From Podarcis vaucheri (lineage: Eukaryota): a stretch of 64,000 nucleotides of DNA. The notes below the pieces were generated by a model that was given only the letters and a program-made list of their open reading frames with translations, had not been told where the DNA came from and did not search any database. Positions 55,001-62,992 of the stretch are shown here, in pieces; within the stretch, counting starts at the first letter, position 1, and every line of letters begins with the position of its first letter. The stretch lies in NCBI GenBank assembly GCA_965113315.1, contig OZ220363.1; one strand, given 5' to 3'. The translations under genes were made by a program, and so were the position numbers.

Positions 55001-58000
55001 CGGTTATCAACAAAAACCTCCCACTTCCATGAGTACAGTTCCACTCACTGGTTGTCTGGATTTGACCCATTGTCTTCAGGAATACATAAGGGCAATTTAT
55101 TTGATACTTTATATCTCTAATACTCTAATACAGACTCTAATACTCTGGGCATCAGCTAGAAAAAGCAAGTTGCCTTTACATACAGATTCTATTCTAGGAA
55201 TGGGTGGATCTGTCATTTTTGGTCTCTCTCAGATTTTCCAGTCTCAAGCTTAGTTCTCCACATTTCCAGATCAGTTTGCATTTTTACAAAAACTCTTCAT
55301 GAAAATTTATCAGCATTTTAATACAAACATTTTATGCAATTTTGTTTGTATGCAAATTGGCTCACATACACATTTTTGCAAAGCTGTTTCTCTTACTATA
55401 ATGCATTTTTGCATGTTATTTTCACTAATTCGATTTTTAAGCACACTTAAATTGTACTTAAAGTGTATTTTAAGCTTCAGTTTATGCATTTTTGCACAAA
55501 TTATTTGGCTACAGAACTGTACTGAAAATTTCATAGAAGTACAAATTTTGAAGAGTGCCTGTGTTTAAATCCCCATATAGTTTTGGAAAGTGTGAATTAG
55601 CCAGGTGTGCCTTTAAATGTGAATGGAATTGAATACCCACCCCACTAGTTACTCCTGTCTCTTAAGGCATTGTGGCTTATAAGGTGTTCTCTATCCTTTG
55701 GTTTAGAAACTTACAGTCTGGTCTCCATTGATGTTGAGGGCAACCATCTTCAAGCATGTCTCAGTCTCTGTCAGGCCACATTTGCGGAGTTCTCCGAGAA
55801 CACTAAATGTATCATCTCCACAAAACTAAAAAAGCAAGCCAACACCCAAGAATTACCATCTACATTGCAAACTTACTGCAATAGCGCCTAGAAATTAAGA
55901 TTGCACTGAAAAAGTATCGCAGATGCACAGTTCTAGCTTCCTTGAACTCAAAAGTATTTTGGTTTTAGGATTTGACTTAACTTCTTATAATGGTTGCTTT
56001 AGCTAGGGAAACTGATTCAGGATGTTTTAAATGAGAGAGTAGACATTTTGAATCAAAACTGTTGAACAGGAAAATCTGCTACTTCCTCCCTTTATAGATA
56101 TTGAATGTCTTGGGCTTCTTAAAAATATGTAAGCAAACTTTCCTAGTTGTCTCATGGGCCTTTTATTTGAATGTGTAGCATCTCCCTGAGCAACTTTATT
56201 TCAGTTTCATTGTCGTATCATATGTAATTCTCCTGAAATGAGATTCTGCCCCCCACCCCCCGCTTTATTAATTTTCCCCAAAGGTGTCTCTTCTGAGTCT
56301 GTGTCTTCTACACATCTAAAAAAACATTACTGCTTTATGGAAAATAATGGTGTGATAATGTAGAAGCAATAAGGAAGTGAGAGGGATTTAAAACTTGTAA
56401 AGGAAAACTGAATAAGCTGTGTGCCATGATATCCAAAGCAAGGGATTTACTACTGGAACAATTACACTGGTTTTATAATCCCAGAAAGAGGATTAGTGTG
56501 TGTTTGTGTGCCTGTATAGCACTGTGGTAATGGGGACATTTTTGCTAATTATAGTGACAGTATATCTTAAGCGACTTGCCTTTGAGAGAACGTAAACGCA
56601 ATCTCCATGGACATTATAACGTTTTTTATCAAAAGTGGAGATATGTGATCCACCTTCTACTGAGCAAATGCCAGGACATGGGAGTTCTATGCAGTTCCAT
56701 TGGCCCCCAATACAGGAACTTGAAGTAAAGGAAGAAAGAGAAGAAACATACATTTTAAGGAAAGATATTGCACTGACATTAGCTAATATTATTTTCCATT
56801 ATTAGTTCCATTCTTTGAAGTGTATGTGGAAACATTTGTAAAGTGTAGGAACCAGCACAGCTTTGTATTTAAAGAGTCAACATGTGGGAGCTTAAAAGCG
56901 TGGGACTCATCTACAGTGGTGCCTCGCAAGACGAAATTAATCCGTTCCGCGAGTATCTTCGTCTAGTGGTTTTTTCGTCTTGCAAAGCAACCCTATTAGC
57001 GGATTAGCGCTATTAGCGGTTTAGCGGCTATTAAAGGCTTAGCGGATTAGCTGCTAAAAGGCTATTAAAGGCTTAGCGGCTTAGAAAAGGGGGGTGGGAA
57101 GTGAAAAAAAATCTCAAGACTTGCAAGACATTTTCGTCTTGCGAAGCAAGCCCATAGGGAAATTCGTCCTGCGAAGCACATTGAAAAACGGAAAACCCTT
57201 TCGTCTAGCGGGTTTTCCGTCTTGCGAGGCATTCGTCTTGCGGGGCACCACTGTAATGCGGACTCATCTAATGCAGAGGAAGCTCCACACACGGACTGCT
57301 TGTCCAATAGGACTTTCCTTCCTCTCCTCCTGCCATGCCCCCTGGTGCCCTCTGAACTTGGTTGGGGGGTGTCATGAAAACCCCTGAAACAGCATGCGGG
57401 GGAAGTAGGGAAAGGACCAAAATGCTTGCCCTGATGGAATGATTGCCTTTCTCAAACTTGAGTCCCCAGATGTTGGACCACAACTCCCATCACCTCTGGT
57501 CCTGGTAGCTAGGAATGATGGGAGTTGTAGTCCACCAAAGGTGCCTTAGCGCAATGGTGAATTCTTCCCTATGAAGAGCTCCACAACTCAGTGGGAAGCA
57601 CAAACTTTACATGCAAACGGTTTCAGATTCAATTCCTGGAATTTCTAGTAAAAAGGGTGATGTAGCATGCAATGGGAAAGATCCCTGCCTGCCAGTCAGA
57701 GTAGATAACAATAGACAAGATGAACAAATAGTGTAATCTGGCAGAAGGCAGTTTCCTAGGATCCTATTGTTACTGCAGAATTTTAGCTTAATGATGTGAA
57801 AAGTCACTACTAAACCATCTCAGTGGTAATCCTGACCCATTGAATTGTACAAAAGACTGGCTTCATTTGGTCATGCCCAAATAGCAGCTCGGTATGTAGC
57901 AGAATGGGATGTGGGTGGTGCTGTGGTGTAAACCACTGAGCCTTTTGCTTGCCGATTGAAAGGTCGGCTCAGGGGCCTGTAGAATGGTCTTTGTGGGCCA

Positions 58001-61000
58001 CACGTTGCCGACCCCTGCACTAGGCAGAAGCCAAGGTAAGGAATCTATCACAAATACTGTTGAACTTTCATTGGGAATCATGTTCAGAAATAACTCATTC
58101 AAATACTTAGACAGAGCTTTTAAAATGTTGAAATCATGGATCAAGCCTAGATTCCTACACAAAGTACTTGTTCATCATATTAAAGGTTGTCAATTACCAA
58201 GAACGGCAGTTGTCTGAATAAGTTGTCCCTGGAGCATAGGATTTTCCATTGTAAACACAGGAACACTGCTCGTGGGGGATGCAGCCAGCATTGTCAATGT
58301 CATCATATACAGTTCCTAAAGGAAGAAATAACTTAAACATTATAATGGTTAAAGGATGTTAAATGATAGTTGGTTACATGCACAGCTTCCCTGACACAAA
58401 TTATAATTGTACAATCTCTATTCCTAAAAACAACATGCCTTTTTTGTAGATTTCCTTGCTTGCGCCTTGAATACCATGAGGCGAGTGCCCCATTAAGATC
58501 TGTGGTGCTTACTACTGAGCAAGTGTGTAAAGGGCTACAACAGTTGGATACAAAGGTGGAAGCTTACCTGGTGGACAGAAGCAACCATCCACACAGTGGT
58601 CCTCACACAGCTGAGATCTTTCAGAGTTGGAGCAAGTGTCTGTACATGGTGATTCACATTCTTGATACTGCATGTTGGAAGAGCATTCCATTGCTGAAAA
58701 GAAGGATATTAATTATAACTCAGTTACCCTTTGATATATACAGCACACTCAGCTAATCAACAATTCCTTATAGTGATTCTGCCTTGAACAGAGACCTGCC
58801 TTCTGTGTGTTGTATTTAATGCTTTTCTGCTGCAACTCCAAATGGCACCTGCTTTCTTTTGTAGCCACATACCACAACTGATGAATGCTTTGACTGGGGT
58901 CTATTATAATTCTTATGATTTTTTTCATTATGCTAGAGCAGTGGTGGAGAACACCAGCCCACCTGACTTCTGAATCTGGCCAGCTCCCCTGTGCCTGGTT
59001 TCATATGGTCTTAGGTGTGGGAAGCTTCAAGCTGTGGCTTGAATCTGACGCTTTTTGAATTTGGTGCCCTTTTCTGCTGCCCTGCAAGGTGACAGAAAAA
59101 AGTATCAAATGCAAAAGGTGCCAGAAGGAAGAATCAGAAGTAGACTTAAGAGTGTGGTCCTGATTCTTTAATTGAAGCCATTCTGCACTTTTGGAATTCA
59201 GGCCACAGCTGGAAATTCAGGCCCCATCGACCTGTCCAAGTGGCCCTGTCAGAGGGTTAGCCACTGTAGGATCTGACCCTCCAGCCAAAATGGAGTGGCC
59301 CTGCACATCATGTGACCAACCAGGCATGTATTGTGGCTTGCCATTTGCTCAGTGGTATATGTGCCTCCACTTTTTTGTGGGCCCTGGTGGCCTAGATGGT
59401 ATTTACCATTTGGTTAATAGACATTAGTTACATTTTATTAATATCTCCTTCTGAACAAATCTGCCTGATGGACTTTTTCTCCTTTCATAGTTTATTACTC
59501 AAGTGGTAAGACTGTGGGGAAAAGGTCCTCTCAAAAGCAGGAGCAATATAAGCTGGGGCATCTCTGATAACTTCATTCCTCTATGCGCTGCAGATCATAC
59601 CTCCCAGACTCGCCATTGCCCAAAACAGCAGAGTTGATGAGCAGATGAACATCTAAACTTCTAAATTAGTTGCATTTATCATTTGATTGCTGAAAACACA
59701 GTGTTCTGATACATTCAAATAACTCCTAGCTGTCACCATGTCCTCTAGATTGCTTCTTTTCCAGTTTCTCTCAGCTATCACCTGCAAGTTAGAGGTATCT
59801 CTCTATCTCCCACCACTTATGCAAGTCATTCATAAGCAGGACAAACTCAATATAGGGATCTATGAAACACTTCAGCTTCTTACAGCCTGGTGCTCATCCA
59901 CTAGTCAGGTGCTCATCCTGAGACCTGCAGGTATAGGGCAGTATACAAATTCAATTAATTAATTAATTAATTAATTAATTAATTAATACCTTTGAAAGCA
60001 TGCAACTTTGTGTGTACTCTACTTTTGGTTGTACTAGCTGTGATTTACACTTACGGCACAGGTCTGGGCTTCTCCAGTTCTGAGGTTCCCCACCAGCATG
60101 AGCACATTGCCGGGAATATTCAGCAAAAGTGTCGCAGAGACAGGAGGTGATATCTTCTTGTTTACAGAGGCACAGGTCTTGTACACAAGACTCAATGTAG
60201 TCATTAACTCCCACCACAGCATTGCATTGAAAGAATGAAGAGCCAGTCAGTACATGCTGGCAAAGCTCCTAGATGGAAAAGCAAAAGCAAAAAGTTTTTA
60301 TCAAGAAGGACTGTTTTTAATGGTGATTAACTGATCCTAGATCAGGGATGAGGAATCTGTGGCCTTCCGGATGTCGTCAGGCTCCAGCTCTCAATGTTTC
60401 TCATCAGTGGCCATTCTGGTTGGAGAGTCCAGCTACATGTGAAGAATGACAAGTTTACCCATTCCTGTCTTAGATGACAATGACATATTTAGTACACAGG
60501 GCACTTTGTAAAGCGCCATAAATACAAGGAAAAGAAATCAGGTTCTTGCAACAAGGAACTTATAATGTTAATTTCAGGAGCTGAGGAAACAACAATATAT
60601 TTTCTCTGCCATTACAATTCTTCCTTAAGATTTAAGCATCCTTTTGGAAATAAAACAAATGTAAAGTGTAAGAATAAGCAAAAAAATTCTTACAAATTCA
60701 TCAGTGCAGTTGCTCAGAGAGACCGGCGTAGGATCCTCACATTCTTCTGTCGGCCCATTCATTTTCTGCATATTCCCAAACTGCAAAGTAGTTATTTCGG
60801 CCCCTGTAATGAAAAACAGCAACCCATGACTTCAAAAAGATTCATATGAGAAAGTATCTTGCATAGAGGTTCTTGTTCCAGTTTGACAAATGTGATGCTG
60901 AGAGGGATAGCCACATGGTTCTTTCCCCTATTCTTAGTAAAGCACTATAGCACAATGGGATGTGCAGTAAATACCTTGTGGAAAACCAGATGCTCCCCCC

Positions 61001-62992
61001 CGCTGGGACAACCCTTCAGAGCACCAGCTGGGAGAACTGTACAAATCACATGGCTCTCTGTCAGCCAATGGGAGAGAAAAGGGCCAGCATGGGCTGAAAC
61101 ACACACCTGTCTCAATGGGGAAAGAGCTATTGACTGTATGGGAACAGCACATGATTCTGAACCCTAGTTGCATGGAAGTCGCTTCTCCATGGGCATGATC
61201 AAGGCAATGTTTAAACCAGTGTTTCCCTACCTTTTTTGGGCAAAGGCACACTTGTTTCATGAAAAAAATCTCGCGGCACACCCCCTCCGCTCCGGCCCTA
61301 AATAGGGCAAGCCACGCCCCCTCCAGCCAGCTGATTGGCTGGCCAGGAGGCATGGCCGGATGGGATTCCCCTGCTCTCGCGGGGGCTGAGATGGGATTCC
61401 CCGCTCATGTGGGGGCGGATGGGATTCGCTCGCTTGCCGCCCCGCATGTGCTCGCCGAGCATGCGCAGGCCCAGTAGCGAGCGGCGATGGGGCTAGCCGG
61501 AGAAGAGAGGGCGAGCCCCCTCCGCTCCGGCCCTAAATAGGGCAAGCCACGCCCCCTCCAGCCAGCCGATTGGCTGGCCAGGAGGCGTGGCCGGATGGGA
61601 TTCCCCTGCTCTCGCGGGGGCTGAGATGGGATTCCCCGCTCACGTGGGGAAGGGCGTGATGCCCGCAACCCCACCTCCTGGGGCAGGCCCGGAAGTGCAG
61701 GCCCAGTAGCGAGCGGCGATGGGATGTGGGAGCTCGCTCGCTCGCCGCCCCGCGTGTGCTCGCCGCCGCCGCCCCACCTCTCACCGCCCGACTCGCCCGC
61801 CTCCCTCCCACGGAACACAAGGCAACGTTCCACGGCACACTAGTGTGCCGCGGAACACCTGTTGGGAAACACTGGTTTAAACAACCAACTATGTGAGTGA
61901 GGATCCCAGCTTCAGATTTGCTACCCTTCCAGGAGGACTGTCAATTCCACAGAATTGCCATGTGTGGGTCAGCCCTCCAAACCCCAATGGCTGTTTACTG
62001 AGGCTGTTTGGGAGAAAAGCAGCTCCCCTGTAGCAACAGTAACTTTCAAAGGGCCTTTTGACTATGTGCAAGCTCCAGTACGCCTTCTCTATTGACGTAA
62101 AAACACCATTGGCCAACATTCCCCCTAACAGCAATCTCAGTAGGTAAGTATGATTGCAGCAAAAACAAGCCGAGGAGAAACAAGAGTACTCATTTTTCAG
62201 AAGTTAAAGCAGCAATGCTGAACCATCTATCAAAACAAGCGAACTATCTACACCCCACTCAAACAAATTATCACAGACAGAAAAACCAAGCAACTGTTCC
62301 GCTCAACAACAAAATGTCATCATGTTTTTTTAATTAAAAGGATAAAACATCGGGAAGAGCAAAGGGTCTTATGCACCGCAGCTTGTGCCTGAGGGCACTA
62401 TGGTGGCCTTGGTTTATAACCTCAGAAATAGAAATGTTTTTCCAATCACTAATTCATTTACTTAATGCTATCAATATCATCCATATGCTGAAAATCTACT
62501 TTGATGAGCATGAAAAGTGAAATTCACCAAATATCTAAATATTCAATGTGTGTTGTTGATTTTAAAAGTGAAGAATGACAGATATCAGACAAATCCACCA
62601 GGTTTTTATCCTCGGGGCTTTTTCTTATGATGGGTGCTCACTAGAACAGACTACTGGCACCTCATTCCCCCTCCCCCTGCCAATGACAGCCATTTTGTGC
62701 TGTCATTTTTATCAATATGTATATGAATACCAGCATGTCTTTCCTCCCCGCCCCCCAAAGCACTGCTTATACCACTTAAAATGTTTTGAAATGGATGAAA
62801 AGCCAAACCTCTGAAGAGATTGTAGTTCCACAGCACTCAATGAATCATGACATATAAATAGTTGATACCCAATTTCAATAAGCAGTGTTTTTGATACTTA
62901 CCGTTTGAAAAGAACTCATTGTATTGTGGAATGCCATTAAAATCCCCACAAAGTCCACAGGTCTGATTTGCATATTTTTTATCAAGTTCCAG
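6313..62992 (-). CDS. MUC5B: Gel-forming mucin, MUC5B-like (MUC5AC/MUC5B group); 45 coding exons in window, 5'-partial
   Basis: Exons chain with compatible phases and AG/GT(GC) sites to 16305 nt. VWD-C8-TIL x3, CysD/PTS central exon, VWD4, VWC and CK domains present. Post-PTS sequence PCFCR..FSPG|[23 protein letters not shown] and lack of GDPH favour MUC5B over MUC5AC/MUC2. Family is certain; exact orthology is inference. Confidence 0.8.
7972..8083 (-). CDS. MUC5B: mucin exon, cystine knot N-half (NDCKVHKNQ...[10 protein letters not shown])
   Basis: CAG/GTAAGT, 112 nt, CEGAC motif. Confidence 0.93.
8659..8710 (-). CDS. MUC5B: mucin exon ([17 protein letters not shown])
   Basis: TAG/GTAAGT, 52 nt. 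Confidence 0.9.
9034..9162 (-). CDS. MUC5B: mucin exon ([17 protein letters not shown]...PEECES)
   Basis: CAG/GTAAGT, 129 nt. Confidence 0.91.
10360..10455 (-). CDS. MUC5B: mucin exon ([20 protein letters not shown]...EILQ)
   Basis: CAG/GTAATT, 96 nt. Confidence 0.92.
10661..10783 (-). CDS. MUC5B: mucin exon, VWC ([15 protein letters not shown]...CDKDCQE)
   Basis: CAG/GTAAG, 123 nt. Confidence 0.92.
13147..13190 (-). CDS. MUC5B: mucin exon ([14 protein letters not shown])
   Basis: CAG/GTAAG, 44 nt. Confidence 0.88.
13616..13646. repeat. (CA)n microsatellite
   Basis: direct reading. Confidence 0.95.
13752..13985. repeat. Exact 117-bp tandem duplication
   Basis: 13752-13868 equals 13869-13985. 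Confidence 0.92.
14283..14387 (-). CDS. MUC5B: mucin exon ([17 protein letters not shown]...GDCCVSFPC)
   Basis: CAG/GTAAGT, 105 nt. Confidence 0.92.
15498..15675 (-). CDS. MUC5B: mucin exon, VWC-like ([15 protein letters not shown]...PCCPELQC)
   Basis: TAG/GTACGT, 178 nt. Confidence 0.92.
16533..16576. repeat. (CA)n microsatellite
   Basis: direct reading. Confidence 0.95.
16898..16929 (-). CDS. MUC5B: mucin micro-exon ([11 protein letters not shown])
   Basis: CAG/GTGAGT, 32 nt; CVGPDG motif typical of MUC5 C-termini. Confidence 0.9.
17883..17983 (-). CDS. MUC5B: mucin exon ([19 protein letters not shown]...CVKTC)
   Basis: CAG/GTAAGT, 101 nt. Confidence 0.92.
18512..18724. mobile_element. 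Tc1/mariner-type MITE (CAGTGGTACCTCGGGTTA family)
   Basis: TIRs with TA TSD; homologous to 40551-40776 and 50684-50901 in opposite orientation. Confidence 0.88.
18911..19275 (-). mobile_element. Full-length Sauria SINE
   Basis: tRNA-like head with B box GGTTCGAATCC, (ACCTTT)n tail, 14-bp TSD AACCAAGCTGAATA at 18897-18910 and 19276-19289. Confidence 0.93.
20005..20074 (-). CDS. MUC5B: mucin exon, TIL4 ([22 protein letters not shown])
   Basis: CAG/GTATGT, 70 nt. Confidence 0.91.
20799..20977 (-). CDS. MUC5B: mucin exon, C8-4 ([11 protein letters not shown]...[10 protein letters not shown])
   Basis: AAG/GTAAGT, 179 nt. Confidence 0.92.
21348..21399. repeat. (TTA)n microsatellite, probably the tail of a retroposon 3' end
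   Basis: direct reading; preceded by a GC-rich retroposon-like terminus. Confidence 0.9.
21741..21972 (-). CDS. MUC5B: mucin exon, VWD4 end ([13 protein letters not shown]...PLCELIVS)
   Basis: TAG/GTAAGT, 232 nt. Confidence 0.93.
22158..22274. mobile_element. hAT MITE (ACTACAATTCCCATCA core family)
   Basis: TIR CAGGCTTCCTCAACC; perfect 8-bp TSD GTCAAACC. Confidence 0.9.
22563..22746 (-). CDS. MUC5B: mucin exon, VWD4 (IFFNHEPV...HNTEGQC)
   Basis: CAG/GTAAGT, 184 nt. Confidence 0.93.
23283..23530 (-). CDS. MUC5B: mucin exon, start of VWD4 ([14 protein letters not shown]...VRINK)
   Basis: CAG/GTACTG, 248 nt. Confidence 0.93.
24095..24263 (-). CDS. MUC5B: mucin exon ([19 protein letters not shown]...[10 protein letters not shown])
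   Basis: TAG/GTAAGT, 169 nt. Confidence 0.91.
24392..24584 (+). mobile_element. Squam3-like tRNA-derived SINE, diverged
   Basis: A/B-box-like head (tcaatggtagagca...gtttaatcc) and gtataagccagcttgctatgtt tail; related copy near 57573-57760. Confidence 0.7.
25121..25386 (-). CDS. MUC5B: mucin exon ([22 protein letters not shown]...CPNIDPPRK)
   Basis: TAG/GTAATT, 266 nt. Confidence 0.92.
26234..26347 (-). CDS. MUC5B: mucin exon, PTS tail plus [16 protein letters not shown]
   Basis: CAGCAG acceptor, GTGAGT donor, 114 nt, phase 1-1; not in ORF track. Confidence 0.88.
27038..37330 (-). CDS. MUC5B: Giant central mucin exon (10293 nt): 12 CysD domains interleaved with PTS domains
   Basis: Uninterrupted ORF (track 27003..37349); CAG acceptor at 37331-37333 and GTAATT donor at 27037; phase 1-1; WxxW-containing 10-Cys CysD modules. 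Confidence 0.95.
27898..36925 (-). repeat. Coding tandem array: 10 x 885-bp CysD+PTS units, one unit 1032 bp
   Basis: Shadow ORFs recur every 885 nt except one 1032-nt step; 10x885+147=8997 matches anchors at 27898 and 36895. Confidence 0.96.
38125..38313 (-). CDS. MUC5B: mucin exon ([26 protein letters not shown]...PSEA)
   Basis: CAG/GTATTT, 189 nt. Confidence 0.92.
38402..38445 (-). CDS. MUC5B: mucin exon ([14 protein letters not shown])
   Basis: CAG/GTAAG, 44 nt. Confidence 0.9.
38838..38979. mobile_element. Tc1/mariner-type MITE
   Basis: TIR CAGTAG(T/C)ACCTCC(G/A)GTT, TA TSD. Confidence 0.82.
39024..39168 (-). CDS. MUC5B: mucin exon ([20 protein letters not shown]...TCQA)
   Basis: CAG/GTAAGT, 145 nt. 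Confidence 0.92.
39575..39703 (-). CDS. MUC5B: mucin exon, TIL3 ([20 protein letters not shown]...LPGLE)
   Basis: TAG/GTAAG, 129 nt. Confidence 0.94.
39968..40006. repeat. (CA)n microsatellite
   Basis: direct reading. Confidence 0.95.
40143..40299 (-). CDS. MUC5B: mucin exon, C8-3 ([27 protein letters not shown]...WRTPSFC)
   Basis: CAG/GTGAGT, 157 nt; conserved D3 multimerisation region. Confidence 0.94.
40551..40776. mobile_element. Tc1/mariner-type MITE
   Basis: Perfect TIR CAGTGGTACCTCGGGTTA, TA TSD. Confidence 0.9.
41347..41804 (+). mobile_element. 5'-truncated L1-type LINE 3' end
   Basis: ORF2-like C-terminus [24 protein letters not shown], 3' UTR, AATAAA at 41787-41792, short A tail, 21-bp TSD. 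Confidence 0.82.
42257..42496 (-). CDS. MUC5B: mucin exon, VWD3/C8-3 ([12 protein letters not shown]...AACHSQ)
   Basis: CAG/GTATAC, 240 nt, CGLC. Confidence 0.93.
43462..43641 (-). CDS. MUC5B: mucin exon, VWD3 (NYDLILSE...[16 protein letters not shown])
   Basis: CAG/GTGATG, 180 nt. Confidence 0.93.
43730..44340 (-). mobile_element. Degraded L2/CR1-group LINE, APE endonuclease N-terminus
   Basis: [11 protein letters not shown]...LFCITET* (stop where W is expected); bounds approximate. Confidence 0.7.
44618..44731 (-). CDS. MUC5B: mucin exon, VWD3 ([38 protein letters not shown])
   Basis: TAG/GTGAGT, 114 nt. Confidence 0.93.
44831..44969 (-). CDS. MUC5B: mucin exon, start of VWD3 (VCKNRMWEC...GDGHYITFD...YTLVQ)
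   Basis: CAG/GTACTG, 139 nt. Confidence 0.93.
46085..46236 (-). CDS. MUC5B: mucin exon, TIL'/E' ([12 protein letters not shown]...VNCNT)
   Basis: CAG/GTAAG, 152 nt. Confidence 0.93.
47182..47282 (-). CDS. MUC5B: mucin exon, TIL' ([10 protein letters not shown]...CQTLDMHC)
   Basis: TAG/GTAAGT, 101 nt. Confidence 0.93.
47628..47680 (-). CDS. MUC5B: mucin exon ([17 protein letters not shown])
   Basis: TAG/GTAAG, 53 nt. Confidence 0.9.
47847..48142 (+). mobile_element. 5'-truncated Sauria SINE
   Basis: Starts within the B box, (ACCTTT)n tail, 14-bp TSD TTTAGAATCTGAAA at 47833-47846 and 48143-48156. Confidence 0.92.
48447..48702 (-). CDS. MUC5B: mucin exon, TIL2/E2 ([10 protein letters not shown]...HDVGVL)
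   Basis: CAG/GTAAG, 256 nt. Confidence 0.93.
48760..49295 (-). mobile_element. Degraded L2 LINE 3' region
   Basis: [20 protein letters not shown] resembles the L2 RT C-terminal HALITSRLDYCNALY.GLP motif; bounds approximate. Confidence 0.7.
49474..49600 (-). CDS. MUC5B: mucin exon, C8-2 ([17 protein letters not shown]...WRTNVC)
   Basis: TAG/GTAAGT, 127 nt. Confidence 0.93.
50142..50494 (+). mobile_element. Full-length Sauria SINE (second subfamily)
   Basis: GGGACGCGGGTGGC head, ACCTTTACC tail, 15-bp TSD CTATCACAGAATACT at 50126-50140 and 50495-50509. Confidence 0.93.
50684..50901. mobile_element. Tc1/mariner-type MITE
   Basis: TIRs and TA TSD; same family as 40551-40776. Confidence 0.87.
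50925..51364. mobile_element. GC-rich hAT-type non-autonomous element
   Basis: CAG(C/T)GGC termini; 8-bp TSD ggcccatt/ggccaatt. Confidence 0.72.
51996..52090 (-). CDS. MUC5B: mucin exon, C8-2 ([31 protein letters not shown])
   Basis: TAG/GTAGG, 95 nt. Confidence 0.92.
52646..52810 (-). CDS. MUC5B: mucin exon, VWD2 end ([13 protein letters not shown]...DPCTLSIEN)
   Basis: AAG/GTAGG, 165 nt, completes CGLC. Confidence 0.93.
52909..53046 (-). CDS. MUC5B: mucin exon, VWD2 ([14 protein letters not shown]...FKGRTC)
   Basis: TAG/GTAAG, 138 nt. Confidence 0.93.
53815..53947. mobile_element. hAT MITE (ACTACAA core family)
   Basis: TSD ctctacat/ctctacac, degenerate TIRs. Confidence 0.65.
54120..54189 (-). 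CDS. MUC5B: mucin exon, VWD2 ([23 protein letters not shown])
   Basis: CAG/GTATGT, 70 nt. Confidence 0.9.
55715..55825 (-). CDS. MUC5B: mucin exon, VWD2 ([26 protein letters not shown]...)
   Basis: TAG/GTAAGT, 111 nt. Confidence 0.92.
56580..56718 (-). CDS. MUC5B: mucin exon, start of VWD2 (SCIGGQWNC...GGSHISTFD...YVLSK); GC donor
   Basis: AAG acceptor, AAG|GCAAGT donor, 139 nt. Confidence 0.9.
56914..57253. mobile_element. Tc1/mariner-type MITE with internal TTAGCGG repeats
   Basis: TIR CAGTGGTGCC(T/C)CGCAAGACGAA, TA TSD. Confidence 0.88.
58198..58315 (-). CDS. MUC5B: mucin exon, TIL1/E1 ([19 protein letters not shown]...NCRS)
   Basis: TAG/GTAATT, 118 nt. Confidence 0.92.
58568..58693 (-). 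CDS. MUC5B: mucin exon, TIL1 ([16 protein letters not shown]...GCFCPP)
   Basis: CAG/GTAAG, 126 nt, TIL cysteine pattern. Confidence 0.93.
59953..59987. repeat. (AATT)n palindromic microsatellite
   Basis: direct reading. Confidence 0.93.
60055..60268 (-). CDS. MUC5B: mucin exon, C8-1 domain (ELCQHVLTG...WRSPDLC)
   Basis: TAG/GTAAGT, 214 nt, C8 cysteine pattern. Confidence 0.93.
60343..60467. mobile_element. hAT MITE
   Basis: TSD tcctagat/tcttagat, CAGG termini. Confidence 0.62.
60694..60803 (-). CDS. MUC5B: mucin exon ([24 protein letters not shown]...CTDEF)
   Basis: CAG/GTAAG, 110 nt, phase-compatible. Confidence 0.93.
61217..61874. mobile_element. Young CpG-rich hAT non-autonomous element
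   Basis: TIR CAGTGTTTCCC; perfect 8-bp TSD GTTTAAAC; internal direct repeat of about 235 bp. Confidence 0.9.
62902..62992 (-). CDS. MUC5B: mucin exon, VWD1 C-terminal part ([30 protein letters not shown])
   Basis: CAG/GTAAGT boundaries, 91 nt, CGLC motif; not in ORF track. Confidence 0.93.

Noticed and set aside
61259-61838. GC-rich ORFs and possible CpG-island promoter of another gene
   Set aside because: Entirely inside a TIR- and TSD-bounded hAT element.
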